From Spirochaetota bacterium (GTDB taxonomy: Bacteria > Spirochaetota > UBA4802 > UBA5368): a stretch of DNA of 64,000 bases. The translations under genes and the position numbers were made by a program. Positions within the stretch are counted from its first letter, which is position 1. Every line of letters begins with the position of its first letter. Shown here one piece after another: positions 7,290-18,245 of the stretch. The notes beneath the pieces are model-generated. The model searched no databases, was not told where the DNA came from, and saw only the letters and a program-made list of their open reading frames with translations. The stretch is from NCBI GenBank assembly GCA_035477215.1, contig DATIKU010000049.1:70058-134057 (forward strand), in the 5' to 3' direction.

Positions 7290-9395
7290 TCACCGGGAGA
7301 TTTTGTCCGTATGGGATATGCCGTATCTGGCGGCCTTCCTGACGATGGTCGACGCGTCGATCTTCAGCTCCCTGGCCATTTCCCGTGTGGTCTTGTACGA
7401 GGCGTACGCCTTCTCCAGAAGCTGTTTTTCCACGCTCATCACCGCGTCGTTCAGGGGCATCAGGGATGTTACCAGCACCCGGGCGATATTCCCGGACGTG
7501 CCATTGCCCAAAATCAACGGAATATCATCCTTGGTTATCTCGTCCCCGGATGCCATGACCATCATGCGCTCTACAAGATTTTTAAGCTCCCGGATGTTGC
7601 CGGGCCAGTCGTAGCCCATGCAAATATCGATTACTTCGGGGGCTATCCTCCGTGTCATGGTGTGGTTTTTATTCAGCATCGAAACGAAATGCGCGATCAG
7701 GTAAGGGATATCCTCCTTCCGTTCCCGCAGAGGTGGGATATTCAAAGGCACTACGTTAAGTCGATAATAGAGATCCTCCCGGAACTCCTGCTGGTGTACC
7801 ATTTCGAGTATACCCCTGTTCGTGGCGGCGATGACTCGCACATCCAGGCGATGGGGCTTGTGTCCGCCCACGCGGGTGATCTCCTTGGACTCGAGGACGC
7901 GCAGCAGTTTGGCCTGGAGATTGAACGGCATTTCGGCGATTTCGTCCAAAAAAATCGACCCGCCGTTGGCAATCTCGAAGTATCCTGGCTTTCCGCCTTT
8001 TCTGGCCCCGGTAAACGCCCCGGTCTCATAGCCGAAGAGTTCGGATTCGATAAGGTTTTCCGGAATTGCCCCACAGTTCACTTTAATGAGTGGTTTCCCG
8101 GCCCGGGTGCTGTGATTGTGTATATATTCCGCGATGAGTTCCTTGCCGGTACCGGTCTCGCCCGTTATGAGCACCGAGGAATTGACATGGGCTATTCGGC
8201 AAACCGTATCCATAAGGTTTTTCATCTTCGATGAGACTCCGACTATCTTGTCAAATGCGTTAAATTTCTTCTTTAAGTCACTCAACTCGCTTTGGTAAAT
8301 CCCGGCGAGTTTTTCGCTTTCATCAAGTTTCAGTATCAGTGATTTGAGTTCGGTGATGTCCCTGACGTTGGTGACGACGCGGATGATGTTTCCTTCCTCG
8401 TCGAACACCGGGCTCCCGGTGACGAGGAGGGTTTTGCCGGTCTTCGTTTCCTGATATATGGTCTGTTGCTCTCTCTTCTTTAGGACCAGCAGGGTGACCG
8501 ACTGCGAGAAAAACCCTTCCTTCACGAGGTCCCTCATGTTGCGCCCGTAGAACGAGGGGCAGGGGAGACCCGTTATCGTCTCGTAGGCCTTGTTTATCCT
8601 CAGTACATTCGCGTCGCCATCGGTCACCCAAATGCCGTCGTATGACGACTCGATGATGGCATCCAGGTCCCTGTTCAACTCCTTCACGTTTTCCAGTTCG
8701 TGCGAGATGGCCTCAAGGTCGGTGACGTCCTGGAAGCGGTAGACGGCTCCGACGATCTGCCCATATTTTTCGATCGGGTACGCACCCATTATGTACGGCC
8801 GCCCCTTTACCGAGACCTTCTGCAGCGGGGCCGCTTTCCCGGTTACCAGCACCCCGGCTACATCGATATCGGGGAAAAGTTCCGTTATTTTTCTGCCCCG
8901 TGCCTCTTCCTCCCTTATCCCCATTATTTTCACGGCCGCCTGGTTGAACATGTTGATAGCCGTTAAGCCGTCCACGGAGATTATCATGTACGATGTGGAA
9001 TTGATGATGGCATGGAATTCGCCGAGCATCTTCTGGTTATGTTCCGCGACCGCACGGGCGAAACCGGTTCTCGTGATGATGCCCGCGATGTTGCCGTTCT
9101 CCATGACCGGAAGCTGACCCTGCTCGAAATATACAAGGTCTTCAACCCTGTCGTCGGGGTGCCCCGTGATGACCTCCCTGTTCATCAGGGATTCCACCGG
9201 TGCCTTCAGGTCGAGTGACTGACTGACCGCCCGGTTGATGTGCCGGTTGGTGAAAAGGCCGAGCAGTGTGCCATCGGCGTCCGCGACCGGTGCACTGTCT
9301 ATGCGGTACTGGACAAATAAAGCGGCGGCTTCCTGTATGGTGTGCTCGCTCTTTAGAATCAGAGGATCGGACGTCATTATTTCCCTGAGCTTCAT
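7290..9395 (-). CDS. Sigma54-dependent transcriptional activator with CBS pair, PAS domains, AAA+ sigma54-interaction domain and Fis-type HTH.
   Basis: Walker A GETGTGKE. GAFTGA motif present (ETGAFTGA). ESELFGY. C-terminal HTH. Probable start MKLREIM. Confidence 0.9.
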   Translation of the reverse strand: MKLREIMTSDPLILKSEHTIQEAAALFVQYRIDSAPVADADGTLLGLFTNRHINRAVSQSLDLKAPVESLMNREVITGHPDDRVEDLVYFEQGQLPVMENGNIAGIITRTGFARAVAEHNQKMLGEFHAIINSTSYMIISVDGLTAINMFNQAAVKIMGIREEEARGRKITELFPDIDVAGVLVTGKAAPLQKVSVKGRPYIMGAYPIEKYGQIVGAVYRFQDVTDLEAISHELENVKELNRDLDAIIESSYDGIWVTDGDANVLRINKAYETITGLPCPSFYGRNMRDLVKEGFFSQSVTLLVLKKREQQTIYQETKTGKTLLVTGSPVFDEEGNIIRVVTNVRDITELKSLILKLDESEKLAGIYQSELSDLKKKFNAFDKIVGVSSKMKNLMDTVCRIAHVNSSVLITGETGTGKELIAEYIHNHSTRAGKPLIKVNCGAIPENLIESELFGYETGAFTGARKGGKPGYFEIANGGSIFLDEIAEMPFNLQAKLLRVLESKEITRVGGHKPHRLDVRVIAATNRGILEMVHQQEFREDLYYRLNVVPLNIPPLRERKEDIPYLIAHFVSMLNKNHTMTRRIAPEVIDICMGYDWPGNIRELKNLVERMMVMASGDEITKDDIPLILGNGTSGNIARVLVTSLMPLNDAVMSVEKQLLEKAYASYKTTREMARELKIDASTIVRKAARYGISHTDKISR

Positions 9396-9554
9396 GACAT
9401 GGGTCCCGTGTGTGGATGTAGTGGATGCCATCGCCGCAGTATGCTGCCGGCATCGGTCATTTCCCGGTTACGACCCCCCCTGACAAAGCAAGGGCGGGGA
9501 TTTTTCGTCCCCGCCCTCAGTATAGCACATTGTCGCGTTTTTATTGCAAGGACT

Positions 9555-10961
<1,407 letters not shown>

Positions 10962-11205
10962 CTAAATTATACTCGCGAAAAATTCAGTTATACTAACAGC
11001 GGCCGCGAAAGGGGAATGTCAATGATTATAGGCCCGCTGCCGGGCTTGAATTGTTACGTCCATGTTAAATTATTTCCCGGCATCCTGCGCAATTTGGAGC
11101 GGCTTTGGAAAAGCGGTTTCCGATTCAATAAATTAGATTGACCGCCATAGTCCACCGGTGTAGAAAGAAGGGTCTATTCGTGCATACATTGCGATACGGG
11201 GTGAG

Positions 11206-11568
11206 ATGATGGATGAACATGCGACGGTAAGGTCTCCGGCGGCGGTTATCGTTTTCAGCGTGATTACCTGCGGTATTTACGCGCTGTACTGGATTTACAC
11301 ATTCGCGAAAGAACTTCGGGACCTCACCGGAAGGACCGATCTCAATGCGGGGCTGGATCTCCTGCTCTGCATTGTGTGTTTCCCCTATGTCGTTTACTGG
11401 TCGTACAAATACGGAATGGTGCTCGATGAGGCGCTTGCAAAGGCGGAGCGGAAGCCGGATGAGAACGCGATACTCTATCTGGTTCTCTCCGTTTTCGGTC
11501 TTTTCATCGTCACCATGGCCATCATGCAGTCGACCGCAAACCGGATACAGGGGCGGCAGAGTGCGTAA
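11206..11568 (+). CDS. DUF4234 small membrane protein.
   Basis: TCGIYALYWIY and YVVYWSYKYG motifs with two TM segments. Confidence 0.65.
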   Translation: MMDEHATVRSPAAVIVFSVITCGIYALYWIYTFAKELRDLTGRTDLNAGLDLLLCIVCFPYVVYWSYKYGMVLDEALAKAERKPDENAILYLVLSVFGLFIVTMAIMQSTANRIQGRQSA

Positions 11569-11965
11569 GCACGCATTATTCCCGTTTGCAGCAATGGCGG
11601 TGGTCATCCTCGCCGGCGCGATCGGCGGCGATACGTTTTGTTTTTTCAAGCTCGTCTACGGGGTTCCCTGTCCGGGTTGCGGTATGATGAGGGCGTTTGC
11701 GGCGCTTGCCGGCGGCGATCTTGCCGCGGCGCTCTTGTTTCACCCGCTCGTTTTGGTTGTGCCGTTTCTGGTGCTCGTTGCCGTTTTCCGGAAGAGCCGG
11801 CCGTTTTGGGCCATGTACAACAGCAGCGCTTTCTGGGCCGCCTGCGCCGCGTGCTTCATGGTCGTATGGGCAGTGCGCATGTTCATGTTCTTTCCTGACT
11901 TCCCGCCGATGGATTATTCGCGATCATCACTCGCGTGGAGGGCCGTTGAGCTGTTATGCAATTAA
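11561..11965 (+). CDS. DUF2752 small membrane protein.
   Basis: GTG start overlaps the previous stop (GTGCGTAA). CPGCGMMRAF motif and several TM helices. The longer track ORF from 11345 is out-of-frame read-through. Confidence 0.6.
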   Translation: MRKHALFPFAAMAVVILAGAIGGDTFCFFKLVYGVPCPGCGMMRAFAALAGGDLAAALLFHPLVLVVPFLVLVAVFRKSRPFWAMYNSSAFWAACAACFMVVWAVRMFMFFPDFPPMDYSRSSLAWRAVELLCN

Positions 11966-11980
11966 AGGCGGGTCTTCTGC

Positions 11981-12250
11981 ATGAAAGAAGGGGGGCGTGT
12001 GTCTGCGGGTACCGTTTTGCGCGCCCGCCTTCGTTACTATGCCGCGCTCGTATTTTTCGCGGCCGGAATCCTTTACGCGCTGTTTCCGCTCGACCTGATA
12101 CCCGATATACTGGGGCCGCTCGGCTGGGTGGACGATATCGGCGTGCTGTTCGTTATGTTTGTCTTCGCCCTGCGCTCGTACCGCCGCTTGAAGCTCTCAC
12201 GGGAGGCGCTCAGCGATCGCCGTCCTCAAAACAAACGATCTCCTGGCTGA
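11981..12250 (+). CDS. DUF1232 (YkvA-like) membrane protein.
   Basis: LDLIPDILGPLGWVDDIGVL motif. ATG 11981 lies 16 nt after the previous stop. Confidence 0.65.
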   Translation: MKEGGRVSAGTVLRARLRYYAALVFFAAGILYALFPLDLIPDILGPLGWVDDIGVLFVMFVFALRSYRRLKLSREALSDRRPQNKRSPG

Positions 12251-14804
12251 TGATGTCCGAAACCAATACGAGTTCTTTTTCTATATCGTATACACTTACG
12301 ACTTCCGCGTAGCGCTCCTCGTCGGGTAGGATCTTCGCGAGCATGTTCGGCCTGGCCGCGATGTAGGCCTGGTTGAATACGGTCCCCTTGTTCTCGGGAA
12401 AAAGCGCCACATAGAAGATATCGGTCTCGACGAGGTCCTGGAAAAAGTGCGTGCCGAACGAGAGTTCCGGCACCAGGTCGTCGCGCATGCTGGCGATTTC
12501 CATGAGGACGGCGATATTGTTGATCTCAGAAAAACGGACCGGCACGCCGAGCGATGGCGTGGAGGTCCCCCAGCGTCCCGGTCCCATGAGGAGCGTGGGA
12601 AGAGCGGCCCGGCTTCCGTTCTGCCGGTTGAGCCTGCCGACGAGGCGCGCGATGTCGTATTTCTGCGAGAGCGGCAGCGTCCCGTAGGATTTGGGATCGA
12701 CGAGTATAATTCTTTTAATCCGTTGCATGATGTTTCCACCCATGAAGTAACCTTCCGAACGGAAGAGGGTTCGGGCCGGGTCGATCCGGGAGGGTATCTC
12801 CACCCGCTTCTCCTGCCACCTGGTTTGCTGCGGACGGCACTGAAGCAGGTTGATGTGATACGCCCCGTCCCTGTCGAAGTTTACGGTAAACTCGATGTCC
12901 ACGGGATAGGAGTAGGCCCTCTCGATAGTTCTCATCAGACGCTGCATATCGGCGGCGAAAGCGGTGTCGGCGAGGAGGCGCTCGAAGGTGAGCACCCACG
13001 ACCTGGGCTCGGAACGCCCCATGTCCCTGAGCCGCTGTTCGGACTCGAGATCACGCACCGCCATAAGCTCCATGGGTATCTCGACGCCCTGGTCGAGGAG
13101 CGAGGCCAGGGGGACCGTGCGGATATCGTTGGCCGGAATATCGAGAATGTCCACGTCGTGCTGCGAGAATTTACGCGCATCTTCCATTCCGGCGTGCGGA
13201 CGGGTCAGCGGCGAGTCGAGCGCCACGATCAGCGGGTAATCGCCCTCTACGCGGTTGACCGCCCGCGTGCCGAGGCCGAGCACCAGCCGGAGCATGCCGG
13301 CCTTCGGGTCCATCTCGCTCTTCCAGACGAACGTATTGTACGACATGCCGACGCCGCCCATGTCCGGAAAGAAATAGTTTCCGTGATGCGATCCGGAGAC
13401 GCGCTGGACCAGGAGCGCCATCTGCTCGTCCAGCTGGTCCAGGCCCCGCTGCAGCCGGTAGGTGAGGGCGTCCACGTCCATGGTGCTTGCGAAGACCCGG
13501 CGGACCGCATCGACGAAAGCCGCGAGGCGCTGGGCGGGCGAGCCCTGGTTGACGCAGAAAAAGCTGTCGTATTTGCCGGCGAAGGCGTTGCCGAACGCGT
13601 CCTCCAGCAGGCTCGAGGAGCGGACGATGAACGGCGACTGGCCGAAATACTCGATGATATACTGAAACTTTTCCTTTACCTCGTCGGGGAAGGTTCCGGT
13701 GAGCATTTTTTCATGAAGCTCGGAGGCGGCCTTGAAATATCCATCCCCGGTCTTGTGCTCCATGAACGGTTTCCACCATCCGTTCTGAACGATATACGTA
13801 TAGAAGACATCCGAACCGATGTAGAACGAATCGTGCGGTTCGAGCAGGTCGTTCCACCTCGAGTCTTCGGAGCCGGTCAGAATCTTGCGGGCCAGAAGCA
13901 TCCCAACGGCCTTTCCGCCGATATAGCCGGTGCCGATGAGCCGGTCCTTGAGGTTGAGGAAGTCCTCAAGGGCGAGATGCCGCGTGGCGAGCGAAAGAAT
14001 GCGTTCATCGCGCCCTATTATAACCCTGCAGAGGTGGTCGATCATCTCCTCGCGCTTCTCGCGGTCCCACGGGCTCCAGTGGAGGTCCTCGGCTTTTAAA
14101 AACAGCCTGTCCCAATAGTCGAGGTTGCGCCGCGTGCCGCCCGCCCCCTTCTGCTGAACGTGTTGGATGAGACGCGCGGCGTCCACGCTGTTGGTGACGG
14201 GAGTGAGGCTGTCGTTTTTTTGGAGATGGGGGAAAAACATCGTCGGCGAATAACGGTTCCACACTTTCAGGGGATGGATGTAGTAGCTTCCCTCCGAGTT
14301 GTAGACGTCGATGAGCACCTGCGTTGTCTCCCTTATGCGCGCGATGCTCTTGAACGAGAGGCTGTTGCGTAGAATGGCGAAATAGGCGATGGTATTGAGT
14401 TCAAAAAGGTAGGGACAGGTCACCATGAAGAAGTTGCCGATCATAAGGTCGGTCGCCCAGGCCGATTGAAGGTCGGAGAGGCAGTCGAAGACGTAATAAA
14501 TCTCCTCGCCCTCGCTCTTGATGATGGAATGCACCTCGGTCGAAAACGATTCGAAACCGCTGAACGAGTCGAGCGTATATATCTCACTGTACTGGCCGGG
14601 CAGCAAAATCGGCTGGTGCTGGGCGAAGCGCATGTAGACCACGCGCCGGCCCTCGGCGAGCGCGTTGTGAATATAGGGAGTGGCGAACTGGAAGTAGTCC
14701 GTGATTTCGTCCACCTGCCAAACCACGTTGTCGCCGATGCGGAGATTGTTGATGACCCGGTCGAGACCGGGTATGCCGGTGCTGCTTTCCAGGGGCGATT
14801 TCAT
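12210..14804 (-). CDS. Large PPDK_N (PEP/pyruvate-binding ATP-grasp) domain protein with a KaiC/RecA-like N-terminal region lacking a P-loop.
   Basis: Central GYIGGKAVGMLLARKIL ... VRSSSLLEDAFGNAFAGKYDSF. No PEP-utilizer His motif. N-terminus TGIPGLDRVINNLRIGDNVVWQVDE. Probable start MKSPLE at 14804. Confidence 0.75.
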   Translation of the reverse strand: MKSPLESSTGIPGLDRVINNLRIGDNVVWQVDEITDYFQFATPYIHNALAEGRRVVYMRFAQHQPILLPGQYSEIYTLDSFSGFESFSTEVHSIIKSEGEEIYYVFDCLSDLQSAWATDLMIGNFFMVTCPYLFELNTIAYFAILRNSLSFKSIARIRETTQVLIDVYNSEGSYYIHPLKVWNRYSPTMFFPHLQKNDSLTPVTNSVDAARLIQHVQQKGAGGTRRNLDYWDRLFLKAEDLHWSPWDREKREEMIDHLCRVIIGRDERILSLATRHLALEDFLNLKDRLIGTGYIGGKAVGMLLARKILTGSEDSRWNDLLEPHDSFYIGSDVFYTYIVQNGWWKPFMEHKTGDGYFKAASELHEKMLTGTFPDEVKEKFQYIIEYFGQSPFIVRSSSLLEDAFGNAFAGKYDSFFCVNQGSPAQRLAAFVDAVRRVFASTMDVDALTYRLQRGLDQLDEQMALLVQRVSGSHHGNYFFPDMGGVGMSYNTFVWKSEMDPKAGMLRLVLGLGTRAVNRVEGDYPLIVALDSPLTRPHAGMEDARKFSQHDVDILDIPANDIRTVPLASLLDQGVEIPMELMAVRDLESEQRLRDMGRSEPRSWVLTFERLLADTAFAADMQRLMRTIERAYSYPVDIEFTVNFDRDGAYHINLLQCRPQQTRWQEKRVEIPSRIDPARTLFRSEGYFMGGNIMQRIKRIILVDPKSYGTLPLSQKYDIARLVGRLNRQNGSRAALPTLLMGPGRWGTSTPSLGVPVRFSEINNIAVLMEIASMRDDLVPELSFGTHFFQDLVETDIFYVALFPENKGTVFNQAYIAARPNMLAKILPDEERYAEVVSVYDIEKELVLVSDIISQEIVCFEDGDR

Positions 14805-14985
14805 TGGCCACTTCCGGTCGGTACGAGTTTGATGTGGATCGGCTTTTTTATCATGCGGGAGCGGCGTTGTCAAGATATTTCCGGCGGACGCGCGTGACGG
14901 CGCGATAAAATTCGGGTTGCGCACCGCGTGAAACCCGGTACGGTGGATACAGATTTGTGTCAATCCCCGCTGCGGAGTAAACTAT

Positions 14986-15489
14986 ATGAACCAGGTAATC
15001 GAGGCGATCCGTACCCGGCGTTCGGTGCGAAAATTCACCGACGCTCCCGTTTCCGCCGAAGACCTTTCGGCCATCCTCGAGGCGGGGAGGTGGGCGCCAT
15101 CAGGACTAAATAACCAGCCATGGCGTTTCGCCGTAATCAGGGACGGAGAAGTCCTGGAAAGGCTTTCGCGGCTGACCCGTTACGGACCGGTTGTCCGCGG
15201 CTCGACGCTCTGTGTGGCGGTTTTCTATCATGCTCCTTCCGGATACAACCGCGACAAGGACATCCTCGGCATCGGCGCGTGCATCCAGAACATGCTGCTC
15301 GCGGCGCACTCCCTCGGGATCGGGGCCGTGTGGCTGGGGGAAATCCTCAATCAGAAAAGCGCCGTCAACGGCCTCCTCGGCCTCGACGCCTCGTACGAGC
15401 TTATGGCCGTCCTTGCTCTCGGGTCTCCGGACGAACGGCCTGAAAGCGAGAGGAGGCCGATCGACGAGCTCGTTGTGGGGAGTGTATAA
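14986..15489 (+). CDS. Nitroreductase family protein.
   Basis: RRSVRKF ... GLNNQPWRF motifs. Confidence 0.85.
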   Translation: MNQVIEAIRTRRSVRKFTDAPVSAEDLSAILEAGRWAPSGLNNQPWRFAVIRDGEVLERLSRLTRYGPVVRGSTLCVAVFYHAPSGYNRDKDILGIGACIQNMLLAAHSLGIGAVWLGEILNQKSAVNGLLGLDASYELMAVLALGSPDERPESERRPIDELVVGSV

Positions 15490-15546
15490 ATGCATGTCAG
15501 TATGAGAGCCGGGATTCCGGCGGACCGGCGAGTCTCCATCGCCCAA

Positions 15547-15577
15547 TAAAAAATCCTCCGCGGAGGAGGATTTTTTA
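15547..15577. terminator. Bidirectional intrinsic terminator.
   Basis: aaaaaatcctcc-gcgga-ggaggatttttt: a 7-bp stem flanked by an A-run and a T-run, between convergent genes. Confidence 0.8.
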
Positions 15578-15640
15578 TGACTTTTCCGGCCCATGGGGGC
15601 GGCCGGGTTCCCCGCCGGCCACGCGGCCGGCAGGCGTGTT

Positions 15641-16621
15641 TTACAGGTTGGGGATATTCTTCACCCGTTTTTCCTTGGTTTCCTGTTTCTGCTTTTCGAT
15701 GCGCTCGCGCTCGAGGCGTTCCTTCTCGGCCTGTTCGTGCGCAAGGCGTTCCTTCTCCGCCTGTTCACGCGCAAGGCGCTCCTTCTCGGAGCGGGCCGCG
15801 GCGAGGCGGTCCTGCCTGCTTTTCTCGGCCTGCGCGCGCTCCAGCTCCGCCTGTTTCTTCTTTTCATCTTCCCGGCGCTTCTCGGCCTCGGTGTCCACGG
15901 GAGGGGCGACCATCACCTGCCGGATCTCCTGTTTGACGGTATCCTCGAGCCTTTCGACCGGTTTGATGTCTTTTACTTCCTCGCGGATGGCCGTTATCTC
16001 CTCTTCCTTGAGGACCGCCACCTCGATCTCTTTCTTTTCGTTCACGATCCTGTCGACCGCCTTTATGTCGAGCGATACTGTGCTGTTGGTTTCGATAACC
16101 GTTTCGACATCTTCGATAACTTTCCCTTCCCTGACCGGGTTGACCTTTATCCTGCCCGACAGCACGTCGATTCTCGATGAGTTCTCGTCGGCGGTGACCC
16201 TGAAACTGGTCCCGCGCACGGCGGCGATGGTGGTCGGGGACGCGACCTCGAAGCTGGATCCCTTCGCGAGCTTTGAGACCGTAACGAACATCTTTCCGCT
16301 CGCCAGATCCATTCGTGACCGGTTTGCGCCTTCACCGGTGAAGAGGGCGGTCATCCTGACCTGGGAGTTTTCATTGATGCGGATGATTCCGCTGGTGCCG
16401 TAGACGATGTCGATTAACGACGAGGCGCCGGTAAGGATGGTGTCTTCCTGGGCTATCGAGTCGCCGGGCGCGAGCTTGCGCTCGCCGCTTTGAGAGACGG
16501 CTTTCGCTTCGCCGAACAGAGAGTGAACGGTAAGCGTCGTGGATTCTTTGGCCTTGTTGGCGCACGATGAAATGAAAGACACGCAGAAGACGCAGAGTAT
16601 AATCGCTGTTACTGGTTTCAT
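15641..16621 (-). CDS. FecR-domain lipoprotein with a C-terminal Glu/Lys-rich tandem-repeat coiled coil.
   Basis: Lipobox FISSC. FecR core IAAVRGTSFRV. C-terminal (EKERLAxEQA)n repeats, which appear as 33-nt DNA repeats at about 15690-15870. Confidence 0.8.
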   Translation of the reverse strand: MKPVTAIILCVFCVSFISSCANKAKESTTLTVHSLFGEAKAVSQSGERKLAPGDSIAQEDTILTGASSLIDIVYGTSGIIRINENSQVRMTALFTGEGANRSRMDLASGKMFVTVSKLAKGSSFEVASPTTIAAVRGTSFRVTADENSSRIDVLSGRIKVNPVREGKVIEDVETVIETNSTVSLDIKAVDRIVNEKKEIEVAVLKEEEITAIREEVKDIKPVERLEDTVKQEIRQVMVAPPVDTEAEKRREDEKKKQAELERAQAEKSRQDRLAAARSEKERLAREQAEKERLAHEQAEKERLERERIEKQKQETKEKRVKNIPNL

Positions 16622-17079
16622 GACTTTGCCCCTTGTTTAATTCCTTTAGTTTCCTCGTGGATATCCCCGTAAAGACAAACCGGAACCGATTCGCCGGCCG
16701 CCCGCCGCCGCGGAACGAGTCCGTGCCGCATTTCAGGGAATGCCCCCTCCATTCACGTTAAAGAATTCTTATCTGTATGACCCCCCCCAAGCGGCGTTTC
16801 GGAAAATTATCCGACCCGCGGCGGAAGTGAAGCCTAACAAGAAATCGACCGCACCGTAACATAATACAATCTAAAAACGGGGAAGTGTACTATTTTTTAG
16901 ATTTTTTCAATATTAATCATCAGAAAAGCCGGAAATCCATGCGTTGAACCGGCGGTATTTACAGGAAAAGAGGCCGGTTTCCAATCGAAACCTCTTTCGG
17001 GTGCCTTATTTTGGATTATCCCGCCGCCTGATTGATCCGATATTTAAACAAGCGGCATATCAACCGGCGGGAGCCGTCA

Positions 17080-18234
17080 ATGAGCATCACTATTCCCTTT
17101 CACAGGCCCCATATCACCGAAGCGGAAATCGACGCAGTCGCCGCGGTGATGCGCTCGGGCTGGCTCACCATGGGGCCGAAAACCGTGGAATTCGAGGAAT
17201 CCTTCCGCGTGCGCATTGGCGCGGCCCACGCCGTCGCGGTAAGCTCGGCCACCGCGGCGCTGCACCTGGCGTTGGTGGCGGCGGGGATAGGCGAGGGTGA
17301 CGAAGTTATTGTCCCCGCCATGACCTTCGCCGCTTCGGCCGAGGTCGTCCTCTACCGCGGCGCTGCGGTGGTTATGGCGGACATCGAGCGCGACACGCAC
17401 CTTCTCGATGCTGAACGGCTCGAGGAGAGGATCACCCCGCGGACCCGCGCCGTCATGCCCGTGCACTACGGCGGCATGCCCTGCGATATGGACCGGATCA
17501 TGGATATCGCCCGCCGCCGCGGGCTTGTCGTCATCGAAGACGCGGCGCACTCGCTGCCGGCGGAATATCGCGGGAAATCGATCGGCACCATCGGTGACTT
17601 AACCTGCTTCAGCTTTTATGCCACGAAGACACTTGCCGTCGGCGAAGGCGGCATGATAACCACCGAAAACGCCGAATGGGCCGAGCGGCTTCGCTCGCTC
17701 CGCCTGCACGGCATCGGCAAGGACGCCTGGAAACGCTACTCGGCCGAGGGAAGCTGGGCCTACGATGTGCTCGAGATGGGATACAAGTATAATATGACCG
17801 ATATCTCGGCGGCGATCGGCATGGCACAGTTAAAAAAACTCGACTGGATGAATGATCGACGCGCCGCCATTGCGGCGGCCTACGACGCGGCATTCGCCGG
17901 GACCGATGCGCTTGTTCCGTATGGGAAGCGGGAAGGGCGTTCCTCGGCATGGCACCTCTATCCGCTTCGGTTGAATCTCGATGCCCTTTCAATCGATCGG
18001 ACCCGTTTCATCGTGGAGCTGAAAGAGCGGGGTATCGGCGCCAGCGTCCATTTCATCCCGCTGTACCGGTTTACTCATTATGGGAAGATGGGATGCCGCG
18101 CTGCGGACTATCACGCGTGCGAATGGGTGTTCGAACGCGAGGTCTCGCTTCCCATCTATCCTGGGATGGGGGACGATGAGGTGAACGTCGTGATCGAAGC
18201 GGTGCTTGCCATTATAGACAAATTCCGAAGGTAG
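17080..18234 (+). CDS. DegT/DnrJ/EryC1 family PLP-dependent sugar aminotransferase (PglE-like).
   Basis: MSITIPFHRPHITEAEIDAVAAVMRSGWLTMGP. RBS GGCGGGAG. Confidence 0.9.
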   Translation: MSITIPFHRPHITEAEIDAVAAVMRSGWLTMGPKTVEFEESFRVRIGAAHAVAVSSATAALHLALVAAGIGEGDEVIVPAMTFAASAEVVLYRGAAVVMADIERDTHLLDAERLEERITPRTRAVMPVHYGGMPCDMDRIMDIARRRGLVVIEDAAHSLPAEYRGKSIGTIGDLTCFSFYATKTLAVGEGGMITTENAEWAERLRSLRLHGIGKDAWKRYSAEGSWAYDVLEMGYKYNMTDISAAIGMAQLKKLDWMNDRRAAIAAAYDAAFAGTDALVPYGKREGRSSAWHLYPLRLNLDALSIDRTRFIVELKERGIGASVHFIPLYRFTHYGKMGCRAADYHACEWVFEREVSLPIYPGMGDDEVNVVIEAVLAIIDKFRR

Positions 18235-18245
18235 GGTGCGGGACG

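Noticed and set aside
11125-11649. 174-aa minus-strand ORF.
   Set aside because: Overlaps the DUF4234 and DUF2752 genes on the opposite strand. No motifs.
12447-14099. 550-aa plus-strand ORF.
   Set aside because: Antisense to the PPDK_N gene.
15636-16403. 255-aa plus-strand ORF rich in SRRS repeats.
   Set aside because: Mirror image of the tandem-repeat region of the FecR lipoprotein gene.
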